Of a stretch of 64,000 nt of DNA, positions 27,061-39,964 are shown one piece after another. Both the position numbers and the translations under genes were made by a program. Numbering within the stretch: the stretch's first letter is position 1; each line of letters opens with the position of its first letter. The DNA is from Octopus bimaculoides (lineage: Eukaryota): NCBI RefSeq assembly GCF_001194135.2, contig NC_068983.1:163145509-163209508 (forward strand), in the 5' to 3' direction. The notes beneath the pieces are model-generated. The model made no database searches. It saw only the letters and a list, made by a program, of their open reading frames with translations, and was not told the origin of the DNA.

Positions 27061-27433
27061 TTGTATATTCTCCCATATATATATATATGTATATATGTAT
27101 ATATAAATATTACCCCACTCTCGCCTCCCCATACCCCAACACCACCGCACCACACAACACCACATCACACCACCCCGCACACACTAGCACTGACCACTTC
27201 CCAGCACCCATACACACGCACACACGCTCACGTCACGGTCACGAGCCCCCCTTCCACACGCACATACACGCTCTCACATACACACGCACGCGCACATTCG
27301 TTTTGGAATCATCACTACTTTATTATCTTCCTAGCTCTCGTGTGTGGCCCCTCTGTCCGGCATTCGCCATGATAGATCGCTGGTGTTGGGGTATGGGGGA
27401 GGCGAGAGTGGGGTAATATATATNNNNNNNNNN

Positions 27434-27469
<36 letters not shown>

Positions 27470-27479
27470 GCTAGCCACT

Positions 27480-27615
27480 AAAACTTTTTAAAAAATTTTC
27501 TCTGCCTGTTTATTTCTGTGTTCCTTTCTATTGAAGAACGTAGGCTCGAAACATAAAAGACTTTCTCATTTCCCGAGCGTTAAACTAATACAACTGTTTG
27601 TTGTTTACACACACA
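27480..27615 (+). mobile_element. Penelope-type terminal repeat, copy 2 (more degenerate)
   Basis: ctattgaagaacgtaggctcgaaacataaaagactttc...cccgagcg aligns with copy 1. Confidence 0.5.
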
Positions 27616-27659
27616 CGTCGGTTTCGATGTATGAATGAGGATCCGACAACGTACACTTT

Positions 27660-28010
27660 GTCTGTCATAATGTTTATGCCAAATGTGACATATGATTCCC
27701 GCCAACGATTTGCAAAGAAGCCTGCAGTTGTTTCAAGTATGAAGATTACGGGTCAGTGCAGGCAGTATATTTTCAGTCGTTTTTTTCCTTTGCTTTGCAA
27801 CCTAAGCCTATTAATCCAGGTCGAAGCAAAGTCTGTTATACCATTTTGAAATGACAATCTCCATTTTGATCGCTGCAAGGCTGTTTGCTCAAAGGTGTTG
27901 TGTGCTACATTGACTTCTGAGATATTACTCTCCACTTGTCCTGATATCTAGGTCATGGTTGACCAACGTTCTTGTGCCCACTACCATGCTGGTTGTACAC
28001 GCAATGAATT
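27660..28010 (-). mobile_element. CR1/RTE-like LINE 3' fragment
   Basis: Minus translation TFEQTALQRSKWRLSFQNG followed by CRLLCKSLAGIICHIWHKH (C-terminal zinc-finger-like motif). Confidence 0.55.
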
Positions 28011-28427
28011 TACCCTTAGAAGTTGAAATATGCCACAAACATGTTTTAACTCACCTAAAGTTCGCTTATGCCTAATAACAACTTGGCGGTGAGACTACTG
28101 ATTTTCCTGACCGGGCGATCCAATGGTACAACACAGTCAATGTTATTTTCTGTTTTTATTTAAAGTTACGGCTTTAAAAATGCTCAGGGCAACCACGCTT
28201 CGCTATTTCCCGTTGAGAACGACTAAAGAGCTAGAAATACTGCGTCTAGGAATCCGATAGGCGGCAGCACTATGCAGAGACGGTGTTTTTACATCTTTTT
28301 ATCACGAGAGCCAATTTTCTATCTCCACGATAAAAGCAATGAACAGTCAACTTGCCTTTAGAAGTTGAAATCTGTTTCAACTAACCCAAAGCTTGGCACT
28401 TATACTGCTTGTCTGTCTGTCTGTCTG

Positions 28428-28490
<63 letters not shown>

Positions 28491-28513
28491 CTATCCATCC
28501 ATCTATCTATCTA

Positions 28514-28540
<27 letters not shown>

Positions 28541-28547
<7 letters not shown>

Positions 28548-28928
28548 TGTGTTTATACGTGGGAACGCGAGTATGGGTTTTCCTTTGTTTGTTACTGCGT
28601 AGTTTCCTTCCATACCTGTATGCACATTTCCATCCATCCACCATCCATCCATCCATCCATCCATCCATCCATCCACCATCCATCCATCCGTCTATCTATC
28701 TGTTTGATTTTCTATACATATCGAAATGCACACATGACTCAAAATAAACTATCATAATGCTTGCATTTGCATAACGTTATATATTATTCATATAAAATAT
28801 ACTTCGAAAATGATCTGTATAACTTCATATAGACACGCATATGGAAATGTGCGTACAGGTATGGAAAGAAACTACGCAGTAACATACAAAGGAACACCAT
28901 ACTCGCGTTCTCATGTATAAACACACTC

Positions 28929-28932
<4 letters not shown>
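28541..28932. mobile_element. Foldback/MITE with ~92-bp inverted arms
   Basis: 28541-28633 is the reverse complement of 28841-28932 with about 7 differences; TA-repeat flanks on both sides. Confidence 0.7.
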
Positions 28933-28969
<37 letters not shown>

Positions 28970-31129
28970 TGTGTGTGTATGTATGTATGTATGTATGTAT
29001 GAACATAAACATTTAATTTTCAGCTTTATTAAGAATAAGAAAAATTTCCTTTCTATTATTCATAACTAAGATGATGTATTTTTTGGGTAATTTAAAAGAA
29101 TTTTATGCATTTCAAATACGATTGCAATGGTTTTCATTGCAATTTATTTTGTATTCTATTTGAGTTAGTTATGCGTATCATCTGAAAGTCGGAAAGCTGT
29201 ATATATGTACGGATATGTATACATACGTTTGTATGCCTCAGTGGAAATTCGGATGGGAAAGTGTATTGATATATGCAACAAAGAACGCAGTTTTAGCCAA
29301 AATAGATAAAACCATCAGCTATAAAACCATTCTCATTATTTCAGTATCTAGCTATATTCATCAAGTTTTATTCAGCAATCTAGTGAAACTTTTACTTTAT
29401 TCAGATATATCATTGAAAACACATTTTACGGTTATTTACGGATCTGTAATTTTTTTTAGTTTCTTATTAATTTTAGTTTCTGGTTTTTAGTTATTTTCTC
29501 ATTCGTACATAATATAATTGGCTAAAACATTATTATATGGAAGACTATAGTAAAACACTGCTATCATTTTCTTTCTTTGTTATTTATGGAATGCCGTAAT
29601 TAATGAGGTCGAAAGAAAGATAAACGTCAAGCAAAACTTTAAACGCGATCTTCTACAAACACGACACGGCTGGCACATGACATCTGGAAATATAGTTAAA
29701 GTAGAATTATAGGTTTTCGAAAACCTCGTTCTCTTAAAACAAATTTCCAAAAAACAAAGAAATTCTTTGGCCTTCTCAAGCCATTCTACGATTTTCTCTT
29801 TCCAGTGCTTTCTTTCGATTTCCTGTGTAGTCCTTTGTAAAATATTTTTACTGTATTGTCATCGGTAAGAATTCCTGTAAATATTTTCCTGCTTTATGCG
29901 CGATTGTTTTTCTTTCTAGGATTCACAAAATCTAATAAACCTGGAGAGGTCATTCGATTTGTCGTGTTTGTGCTAACATTCACTTACATTGATTAGATGT
30001 CCGCTTAGTAAATATATATTCAGATGCTTTACATTTTCTAGTATTTCCTGATTAAATCAAGCAAGAAAAGACATAAACATGTTTAGTTATATTGTTCGTA
30101 CAAGCACATTCTTTTGAGAATAACCTGAAGAAAATGTTACAATAGATAAATAATATACTCACAATTCTTTGTAGTTCTTCAAAAGTAAGGGATCTACATT
30201 ACAGGCTTCCATTTTGAAGCTAGATAATTCTTTGAAAACTTCATCAAATTGGAAGTAGTCGACAATCTTTAAGATTTAAACATGGTAAACTTTAATCTTA
30301 ATACCTTACGCTAACAAATTATACATTTGTAGCGAAGATTCAAAATCGAATCTCCGGATATCCGGTAAGACATCACGACCAAACCACAATATTTCACGTC
30401 TTCGGTCTGTTAAACAACCAGTCAGTGTCAAGCCATCTCATAATTCAATCTAGAATATTCTTCTCGGGCCGTATATAAAAGGCCGCTTTTGATGGTAATT
30501 AATTGTAGAATCTTGAGGCAACTGAACATTATGTGTCTCTATTCTTACCACACCATACGGCCTATGCAGACGGTTGAGATAGATGAGCAAGAAACTTTGC
30601 CTTCTCGAACATTGCACAATTGTTTTTAGTTGTATTGAGCACACCTTACATTGCCGTGTCAGTAGCTTTTCGTAAACCGTAAGCAGTATCTATCTCCCAG
30701 TATATAATTATTACTGTTGTTATCTGTAAAAGACTAATGCATTTCCTTTATCACACAACCCAAGAAACGTATTTTCATTCATTAACTCAACTAGCTACCA
30801 CAACAGCAACAACACTCAGGTGACACATTCATTTGCTGCTCAAATTCTCCTGTTATACATATACATAAAATGGAAATATTGGGCGATAAAAATTTTATTT
30901 TGGCAAATGTGAAGTGTTCATCCTTATTACAAGAGCTGACTCACCAGATGGCAAGCAAACGAAGAAAGCATCGCCATCACCAACTGAATTGATCTGTTTT
31001 AAGGGCAAATATTCCGAACAAGCCAAATGAATGTGTAGTTGCGGTTGACAGAAGCGAACTATTGAAAAAAATCAAATAGAATAATTCACAGACGTCTTAT
31101 GAAGTGGTTGCTTCAGTAATCTGTCTGTC

Positions 31130-31285
31130 TGTCCCTTTGCCTGTCTGTCCCTTTGCCTGTCTGTCCCTTTGCCTGTCTGTCCCTTTACCTGCCTGTCTGT
31201 CTCTTTGCCTGTCTGTCTCTTTGCCTGTCTGTCTCTTTGCCTGTCTGTCTCTTTGCCTGTCTGTCTCTTTGTCTGTCTGTCTGTC
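31130..31285. repeat. 16-bp minisatellite (ttgcctgtctgtcYct)n
   Basis: About 9 tandem units visible directly. Confidence 0.85.
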
Positions 31286-32110
31286 TGTTGCATTCTCTCT
31301 GTATGTACTATGTCTTAGAGTATCGTCAGTTACAAATCAACGTTCCAAAGTCTGAGCACTTATGACCATTTTTGGGAAGTGTAACAGAACTTATTTATTA
31401 GACTCTTAGAATGGAAGAAAGCTCAACCACTGCTGTCTGATCGTGCCAACGTGTTCTAGATGCCATATTGTACACATCACATGGGCTTCGCTTTCTTTCT
31501 CAATTCCGATGACTCCGCGTGCGTTATTAACAATGTATTCAATATGTTACATTCTAACATATTTGCTTCAAAGCGAGAGCGTTGAAGACTGAAGGATATT
31601 GAGATAAGAAATATAAATGTGAAAATTAAGGATTAAAACAAAATTAATCATTTGTGCTTGTATGGATTAAGTAACACAAGTTTAAGAGTATTGATATCTG
31701 ATTGAAAATTGAAAATATAACCTCAAAGTACACAACACACCATATTACATGTGAAAAATATTATTCTTGAAATAACTACGAAATACGGAAATAAATTTAG
31801 GTATCATAAGAGAACTCGGGTGTTGTGTTGAAATACATGAACTAGAAAATGCATAAACAAATAAAAACCCGTATATTTTTGCTGAAGTTTTGCAGTTCTT
31901 ATATTCTAAGAAGTGTTGTGCTATTTTCAATACCAGCACGTTTTAAAATGTTTCATATTTCAGACATAGACTTTGGTACAAGCAAAAGTTTTTATTTCAC
32001 TTAAGAATCGACCAATGATTTCCAAACTAAGACAATTTAAATTAATAAGGCCAACGTTGAAAATCATATCTAAAAAGACAAGAAACCAAAGGTCTAATCA
32101 TATCAACAAA

Positions 32111-32283
32111 CTAAACCGCAAAATAAAACATTGACATTATTGAATAATTTCCTGAAGTTTGACCACAAAACGTTGGTAACCGCACCACTGTGCTCTTTGT
32201 AAATTGGCATTGTTGCTTTGACCAGACAGGCAAGCAATTATTGATTCGAGTAAGTAGGATAAGAAGGAGATTCGTATCAGAAA
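32111..32283 (-). CDS. Candidate terminal exon of the minus-strand locus
   Basis: Strong acceptor tatttcttttctcgcAG; two frames open (ORFs 32111-32332 and 32137-32370); AATAAA on the minus strand near 31991. Confidence 0.3.
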
Positions 32284-32440
32284 CTGCGAGAAAAGAAATA
32301 CAATTATAATTCTCGCTGTCTGACATTTGCAATTGTTTTTATACATGTAAGCTATAGAAACAATCTTCATTAATGGAGAATATGATAAAAAGAATAACTC
32401 CGAGAAGTCTGGCCAATTGGTTATTACAGAACATATATAC

Positions 32441-32516
32441 TAAAGTTTGTAGACCAAGATATATCACAGTCTCCACTTTCTGGTGGTCGTGCCAACCAGA
32501 AGCTGATGAGAGTCAC
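32441..32516 (-). CDS. Candidate exon (VTLISFWLARPPESGDCDISWSTNF), phase 0 to 1
   Basis: Acceptor ggttttcgatctAG, donor A|GTATAT; phase fits its neighbours. Confidence 0.25.
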
Positions 32517-33171
32517 CTAGATCGAAAACCGGTAGCTACTTTTCTAGAGCTTTATATATAAAATTTATGTTTTAGATTACAGCTAAAAGTATTTTGCAGT
32601 GTTTATTTAGAAACATTATATATTCATTACTTAATTTATTACTAAAATATTGGGTGTGAAGTTCGATTCATGGATACCTATTTTGCTGTATACAAGAGAA
32701 GTTGTCAGAATCATTCGCATTGTTCTTTTGGAACAGACGGAGCAATGTTAATATTTAACTACTTTCCTACCAATGGTTGCTATCTAGTTCTAAATAACTT
32801 TCTTTTTCTGCAGCAACCATCTTTAACCATGCATATTTATTTAGTTGTATTATCATTAATACATCAGCAAGTACTGTAAAATTAATGATTTATAGACGAG
32901 GTCATAGAAACAAAGAAACATAGCAAGAGTTGCTTCCCATATTTAGTGAATTAAAATAATATTAGTAATTGGCTAGCATAGGGTATTTCTTCAGTGCAAA
33001 ATGATTTCTTATTAAGTTTTTATTAAACTGCATTAAATATGTGAATGAGCAACATATCTGCATTGGTGACGAGGGTGACGAGACAAGTAGAATGGAGAAA
33101 GAAAATTGAAGAGGAGATTGTTGCATGAATATAGCATGATGTGAGAATATGGAGACACCACAAACACTTAC

Positions 33172-33208
33172 GTACCGTCTTGCACAACATAAGATATTAG
33201 CGTCGAGG
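33172..33208 (-). CDS. Candidate 37-nt exon (LDANILCCARRY), phase 2 to 0
   Basis: Acceptor tcggttatttAG, consensus donor TAC|GTAAGT. Confidence 0.3.
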
Positions 33209-34789
33209 CTAAATAACCGATACTTTATTTAAGGATAAAAAATGTTTTCAGAATATTTTTAGATTAAAAACTGACAGATAACAGTTGAATTGAATTTTAA
33301 AAATTGTTTTCAGAAATCAAGAAGAGACTAAATGCGATTAACAAAGAAACTAAAGATTAGGTAAATGCAATTAAGAAAGCTGGTAATGAGACTGATGTTT
33401 CGATATTGTGTTTTGTACATTTTAGAAAAAGGAAATGTGAATATTTTAAACATCGATATAATTTTGCTATTTTATAAACATTGTTTGGTATTTTATATAC
33501 ATATTTATATACATTTAAAAAAATGATTGATAAGTTTATTGAGGAAATGCGAGAGTGATATAAAGTCAATAAAGTGATTTAATTGAATTTTTTGCGTGAA
33601 TACTGCATGTGATGTTCAATAAAATCGTTGAAATATGTAATAATGTTGTATACCTCTCTACTATCCTCAAAGTCATTCACCAAAATGAAATCCAAACTTC
33701 TTTGATGATAACTGGTTTTATTTATGTTTTCTATGCATATAAAAAAAATTACAGGAAATATATGTACCTCGGTAGTTCGTTTGATTGAGTTTCAAAGAAT
33801 TGATTTTCTGTCTTCAGCTGAACTAAATATAGTAAATTTAGTAATAGAAAATTTAGTAAATTTAGCAATAGCAATCATGAACAGCTACCATTTTCTAAGA
33901 CTTGGGAAATAGTTAGTTAGGTGGAATATGGAATCAATTTATATTATCAAATATTCTTACACCAAATTGCGAAATAATGTGATGTAACCTGTCTTCAGTT
34001 CCGTGCAAAAACTTACCAGAAATTGAAGAAAAACGGATTACAGCAGCAATATGTAGACTCTTACTAAAAATGTACCATTAAGTTATATAATAATTTTATA
34101 GCACACATTTTTGGGGGAAATTAAGTGAGGTGTTGTGACAATCATGCCCTGAAAACATGTAACATAACACGATTGTGTTCTAAATCACCACACACATGTA
34201 TATATACATATTCACATGTAAACATTTATGTATGTACATAGTATGTGTGTGTGTGTATATATATATATATATNNNNNNNNNNNNNNNNNNNNNNNNNNNN
34301 NNNNNNNNNNNNNNNNNNNNNNNNNNNNNNNNNNNNNNNNNNNNNNNNNNNNNNNNNNNNNNNNNNNNNNNNNNNNNNNNNNNNNNNNNNNNNNNNNNNN
34401 NNNNNNNNNNNNNNNNNNNNNNNNNNNNNNNNNNNNNNNNNNNNNNNNNNNNNNNNNNNNNNNNNNNAAGTAATAATAATATGAAAATAGTAGTTGAAAA
34501 ATGTCGTTATAGGTATAAATATACAATAAACAATTATAGAGAAATAGAGGAGAAAAAGATCTTGAATCAAAATTAGATTTAATACAAAATAGGATTCAAT
34601 ACATACGCGCGTTTCAAAGGACAATACAAATATGTAAGAAAAAATTATAACCATAGTAAGTATAATTAAATTTATGCATTGTCATTTTCATCAGTGTGAG
34701 GAATTTTTGTAAGGACATCAAAAAAGGTTTAATAAAATAAAGTAAATTAAAATAAGATACAATAAGGGAGAATTCAAAATATTTTGGTC

Positions 34790-35100
34790 GGCTCGGGCTA
34801 TGATAGAAGACATCTGTCCAAACTGTCCAAACCTCTTACCACGCAGCCACGCCTGCTCCTATTCTTTTATTGTTTTACTTGTTTCAGTCATTTGACTGTG
34901 GCCATGCTGGAGCACTGTCTTGAAGGGTTTTAGTCGACCAGATGGACCCCGGGTCTTATTTTTGTTAAGCCTAGTACCTACTCTATCGGCCCCTTATGCC
35001 AAACTGCTAAGCTACGAGGACTTAAACACATCAACACCGGTTGTCAAGCGGTGATGTGGGGACAAACACAGACACAAAGACACATACATACATAGGTATG
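34790..35100 (-). mobile_element. SINE family B
   Basis: Shared consensus blocks. Confidence 0.7.
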
Positions 35101-35150
35101 CATTCATAATACATACATACATACATACACACACATACATACACACATAC

Positions 35151-35207
<57 letters not shown>

Positions 35208-35790
35208 TGTGATTTTGGTGCATATAAGCAATCTTATTCATATCGCCAGAGGAAGATAAATCCCCCGCCATCGCACCACCGAGACTACCAGATAACACGA
35301 TTTCTGCTTCCTTGGTGTTGTCAATGGTAGACGCTCGACCACTGGAAATTGCATCGGTATACATAAACTTTCAGTGCCTAATCAGGCTTGGTGTCGCGAA
35401 AAACCAGTGAGCTTATTAAAGAATAATTATTAACGACAGAAGTAGCTAATATCATTCTGAGAAAAATTATAAATATTAATTGTAATTACAAATGTAATTA
35501 TAAAAATAATTACAGTTTATTTTGCTGTATTGAATAATCTCATACGTTGATAATTATATATTGACTATTTTACAGTTCTCTGGTTCTTTACTCTGTTCAG
35601 ACCGTTGTAGACATGTGCACTGTCTAGTCGTAACTGGCCTTTGTTGTTGATGTCGAGTCAGCTGCATATCTTGATTTCAACATATTTTTGGTTCAGACTT
35701 GCTAATTAATCAATCAACAAATGTGTAAAGTTTCAGTTCAGTATGGATGTAATCTTGAACAGATGATGCCGCCGAAGACAAAAATAAATA

Positions 35791-37406
35791 CAGTATAAGG
35801 GTCTGTAAGAACAAGTGTATCGAAATATCTATTATAGAAGATTAACAAAACGTTGAGACTAGATATTTTTTTACATATTAATATATATATATTTAACATC
35901 TATCTTTCATGAAAATTTCAAGTGAATAGAATAAATATTTCGTAAGTTATGAGGAAATAAATAAACAATCTTCCAAATTGCAGCGGCCAAAAGTTAAGGG
36001 TCACTTAGAAAAAAAGGAACTACCAACCGAAGTATTTGTTGTTTAGAAGACTGTTACGAGGATAACAGTTACTTCTTATGGTCTTTCATTATTGGAACAT
36101 TCAACTGTCAATATGGCGGCTTGTGAGAGACGACCGGTGTCCTGTGATGAAAAGCAAAGGATTATGTGCCTTCACCATGAGCGCAAGTCAAATTATGTGA
36201 TAGCAACTACTGTAGGAAAGTCTAGAAGTGTTGTGCGACGGACTGTAGCTCGTTTTAAGTCATCAGGATCGACAGATTCTAAACCCAAACCAGTAGACCT
36301 CGTAAAACCTCACCTCACCAAGACAAGATCGTATTATGGTTACAATGTCACTGAAGGATAGGTTTAAGAGTGCTGCTGAGATATCCCGCGAGCTTAACTC
36401 CACTTCCGATGTCAACGTATCGCGCAAAACAGTTTCTTGGAGGTTACGAGGTTCTGAATTGCTTGCTCGGGCACCAGCAAAGAAACCTCTGATCTACAAG
36501 AAGAATCAACGAGCCCGTCTTCGTTTCACTCACGAACATGTCATTTGGACAGAAGAACAGTGGTCGCAAGTTCATTTGAGCGATCAATCGAAGTTTAATG
36601 TGATTGGTTCCGATGACGGGATGTACGTCCGACGAAGAATTGGTGAAAGGTTGTCTCGTGTATGTGTGAAGAGGACAGTGAAATATAGATGACGCAGTGT
36701 AATGGTATGGGGAGTTATCTCTGCTGATGGTCGTGGTCAACTTATTCGCCTACAAGGGACTGTCAATCTACAAGCAGATTCTTAGACAACATGTCCCTTC
36801 CACATCTCCGATCCTCGTCAGTTCAACCTCCTATCTTCGTGCAGGACAACGCTCCTTGTTACATTGCGAAGAGAGTAAAAAGAATTTTTGAGCGATGGCG
36901 GTGTTGATCTCATCGATCTCAAAGTCCCGATTTCAACCCTATAAAAAACGTTTGGAAGATTATTGGAGATGGGGCGCGAAGGAGAAATCTAAAGGACGAA
37001 GATGAAGTCTGAACGAATTATTGAAAAAACGAATGGAACAATATTACTCCATCGTTTTGCAAGAGATTAATTCAGTCCTGTAGTAACAGATGCCAGGAGG
37101 TCATTAATAGTAAAGGGATCTTCACAAAATATTAATAGTAAGGGTTTCTTTTTTGTTCTTGTCCCATTTTTCATTGTTTTTCTAAGCGACCCTTAACTTT
37201 TGGTCGTTGCAGTTTGGAGGATTATTTGTTTATTTCCTCATGACTTACAAACTATTTATTCCATTCACTTGAAATTTTCACGAAAGATAGATATTAGATA
37301 TATGTAAATATGTGTAAAATGTCTAGTCTCAACGTGTCGGTAATCTTCTATAATAAATATTCCAATACACTTGTTCTTACTGATCCTTATATTATGGCCG
37401 CTACTG
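35791..37406 (+). mobile_element. Full-length decayed Tc1 (DD34E-type) transposon
   Basis: TA|CAGT...ACTG|TA ends, ~220-bp imperfect TIRs; transposase motifs SDQSKFN, VMVWGVIS, FVQDNAPCY and SQSPDFNPIKNVW spread over stops and frameshifts (36092-37130). Confidence 0.92.
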
Positions 37407-37583
37407 TATAACATATCAAGAGAACTGAGTTAAATTTCTTAGTTTTCTGGTAACCAAAACAATATTTGTGAATAGAATAACAATTTCTTGCAGCATTTCC
37501 AGTTATTTGTCAAAACCCTTCAGTTTTCTTATTTATTTCTTGCGATTACATAGAAATATTCAAAGTTGTATATAAGCATACAC

Positions 37584-37868
37584 CTGTGGCCGCAATTACA
37601 AGTTCTGATTTCGATCTTACTATCTGGAGTAATCGCAGACCTTGCGCATAAGTCATTGTTAGATTTTTTGCCCCCCATGTCGAGCAAGAGGAAGCTTTTC
37701 ACAACTCTCTGAGTATTTCGATCATATTGAGTCGTTTCGCTGTCAAATTTTTCCACTTTATGTTGGAACAATTCTCCTTTGAGAACTGTTTTAATAAAGT
37801 CGTTTGATTTGATCGCACCATGCAAATTGAGCGTTTGTCCTCCGTCATAGTCTCACTTCCACCAAAAG
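37584..37868 (-). CDS. 285-nt symmetric exon-like segment with one in-frame TGA (FWWK*DYDGGQTLNLHGAIKS...KIEIRTCNCGH) and a second overlapping open frame
   Basis: Very strong acceptor tttccttccatcaatttctttttaccAG, donor CAG|GTGTAT; about 89 open codons after TGA 37855-37853 (ORF 37529-37825). Confidence 0.5.
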
Positions 37869-38159
37869 CTGGTAAAAAGAAATTGATGGAAGGAAACTAT
37901 GGTGAAAATCGCAAAGAATTTGCGCCCACACACACACACATAGACATATGCGCACGCACGCATGCACGCCAAGACAGCTTATTGGAAACCGAAACGTGTT
38001 AATTGAAAAATGGAAATATAATGGTTCAAAGTGGTAACATCTAATAATAAATAAAGATTAACTACTTTTATATCGGCAATTCCTATATTTAAATTTCTTT
38101 TATATCAAAAATATTTTTTGATCGAAATTTCTTTCGCTATATATATATATATCATGTAC

Positions 38160-38198
38160 TGTTCCGTGATAGAAAGATCAGCAATAAGAGTACGCCAT
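38160..38198 (-). CDS. Candidate 39-nt symmetric exon (GVLLLLIFLSRN or WRTLIADLSITE)
   Basis: Acceptor atttatctctcactAG, weaker donor ACA|GTACAT; two frames open. Confidence 0.35.
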
Positions 38199-38377
38199 CT
38201 AGTGAGAGATAAATATCATTCATTTAAAGGACACAATACATGTCTTTAAGTGCTATGAATAGTTTCATATGCTATGATATATAGTTTGCGCCTGATGAAT
38301 ATGTCTGAGAATATTTCTCAACATATAAAACTATTAGGACCATTTAAAAACATGTATTGTGTCATTTCATTTAATTA

Positions 38378-38408
<31 letters not shown>

Positions 38409-39964
38409 NNNNNNNNNNNNNNNNNNNNNNNNNNNNNNNNNNNNNNNNNNNNNNNNNNNNNNNNNNNNNNNNNNNNNNNNNNNNNNNNNNNNNNNNNNNN
38501 NNNNNNNNNNNNNNNNNNNNNNNNNNNNNNNNNNNNNNNNNNNNNNNNNNNNNNNNNNNNNNNNNNNNNNNNNNNNNNNNNNNNNNNNNNNNNNNNNNNN
38601 NNNNNNNNNNNNNNNNNNNNNNNNNNNNNNNNNNNNNNNNNNNNNNNNNNNNNNNNNNNNNNNNNNNNNNNNNNNNNNNNNNNNNNNNNNNNNNNNNNNN
38701 NNNNNNNNNNNNNNNNNNNNNNNNNNNNNNNNNNNNNNNNNNNNNNNNNNNNNNNNNNNNNNNNNNNNNNNNNNNNNNNNNNNNNNNNNNNNNNNNNNNN
38801 NNNNNNNNNNNNNNNNNNNNNNNNNNNNNNNNNNNNNNNNNNNNNNNNNNNNNNNNNNNNNNNNNNNNNNNNNNNNNNNNNNNNNNNNNNNNNNNNNNNN
38901 NNNNNNNNNNNNNNNNNNNNNNNNNNNNNNNNNNNNNNNNNNNNNNNNNNNNNNNNNNNNNNNNNNNNNNNNNNNNNNNNNNNNNNNNNNNNNNNNNNNN
39001 NNNNNNNNNNNNNNNNNNNNNNNNNNNNNNNNNNNNNNNNNNNNNNNNNNNNNNNNNNNNNNNNNNNNNNNNNNNNNNNNNNNNNNNNNNNNNNNNNNNN
39101 NNNNNNNNNNNNNNNNNNNNNNNNNNNNNNNNNNNNNNNNNNNNNNNNNNNNNNNNNNNNNNNNNNNNATATATATATATATATATAGCACTGGAGGTGA
39201 AATGACTAGTGCGTTTTACGAAATATTTGCCGAAATGCTTACTATATTCCGAATCCTGTAATAAAATGATTCTTGGCACCAGGGCATTGTCTAAACCCTT
39301 TGTTGTATTCAATGTTTCAGAGCAAGACGCAGTGCATCACAGCAATGGAACTAAAATTACTACGTGTGTATGAAGATCTAAAACCAATCAAATTATTTTG
39401 ATCACTTCGGTCGTTGTATTTTCGGACATCGATCTATTTCGTTTAAATATTTTTTTGAAAGTGTAGGTTACTGGATGATATGTTGTAAAAGGAATATTCT
39501 ATAAGCTCGTTATATGATTTGTGGGTGATTGTATCGCCAAGGGAGAATTTATAACGAGAAATTAGAGATTATTTTATAAGTATTTACTATTGCATGGACT
39601 TTAATTTTATTTAAGTGAGAGAATCTAGGAATCCCGATTAAAATTTATCGTTGATATTCTTAATAACGGCTTCCGAGAAATAAAAAAAAATTATAAATGG
39701 AAACTAAAAGGATTTGTTTATCGTGTATAGAATTCCTCTGTGTGCGACTTAGAGCGTTGCTTGTTTTTAATACTGTTGGATTAATTATAATGGAGAGGAA
39801 AATACTCAACGATGAAATGAAAGACATCGTCTTATAACTTTTATAGATAATGGAATCTAAAATAGTTTTGCTATGCCTTTATATGCAATACAAAATATAC
39901 GCGTTGGTGCATGTATGATTAGGAATGGTTAGGAATCCGTGTTGCAACCACAATGTCCAGGGTT

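Noticed and set aside
30548-30722. Minus-strand segment with strong splice sites and a lectin-like Cys pattern
   Set aside because: Multiple stops in every frame and no convincing motif.
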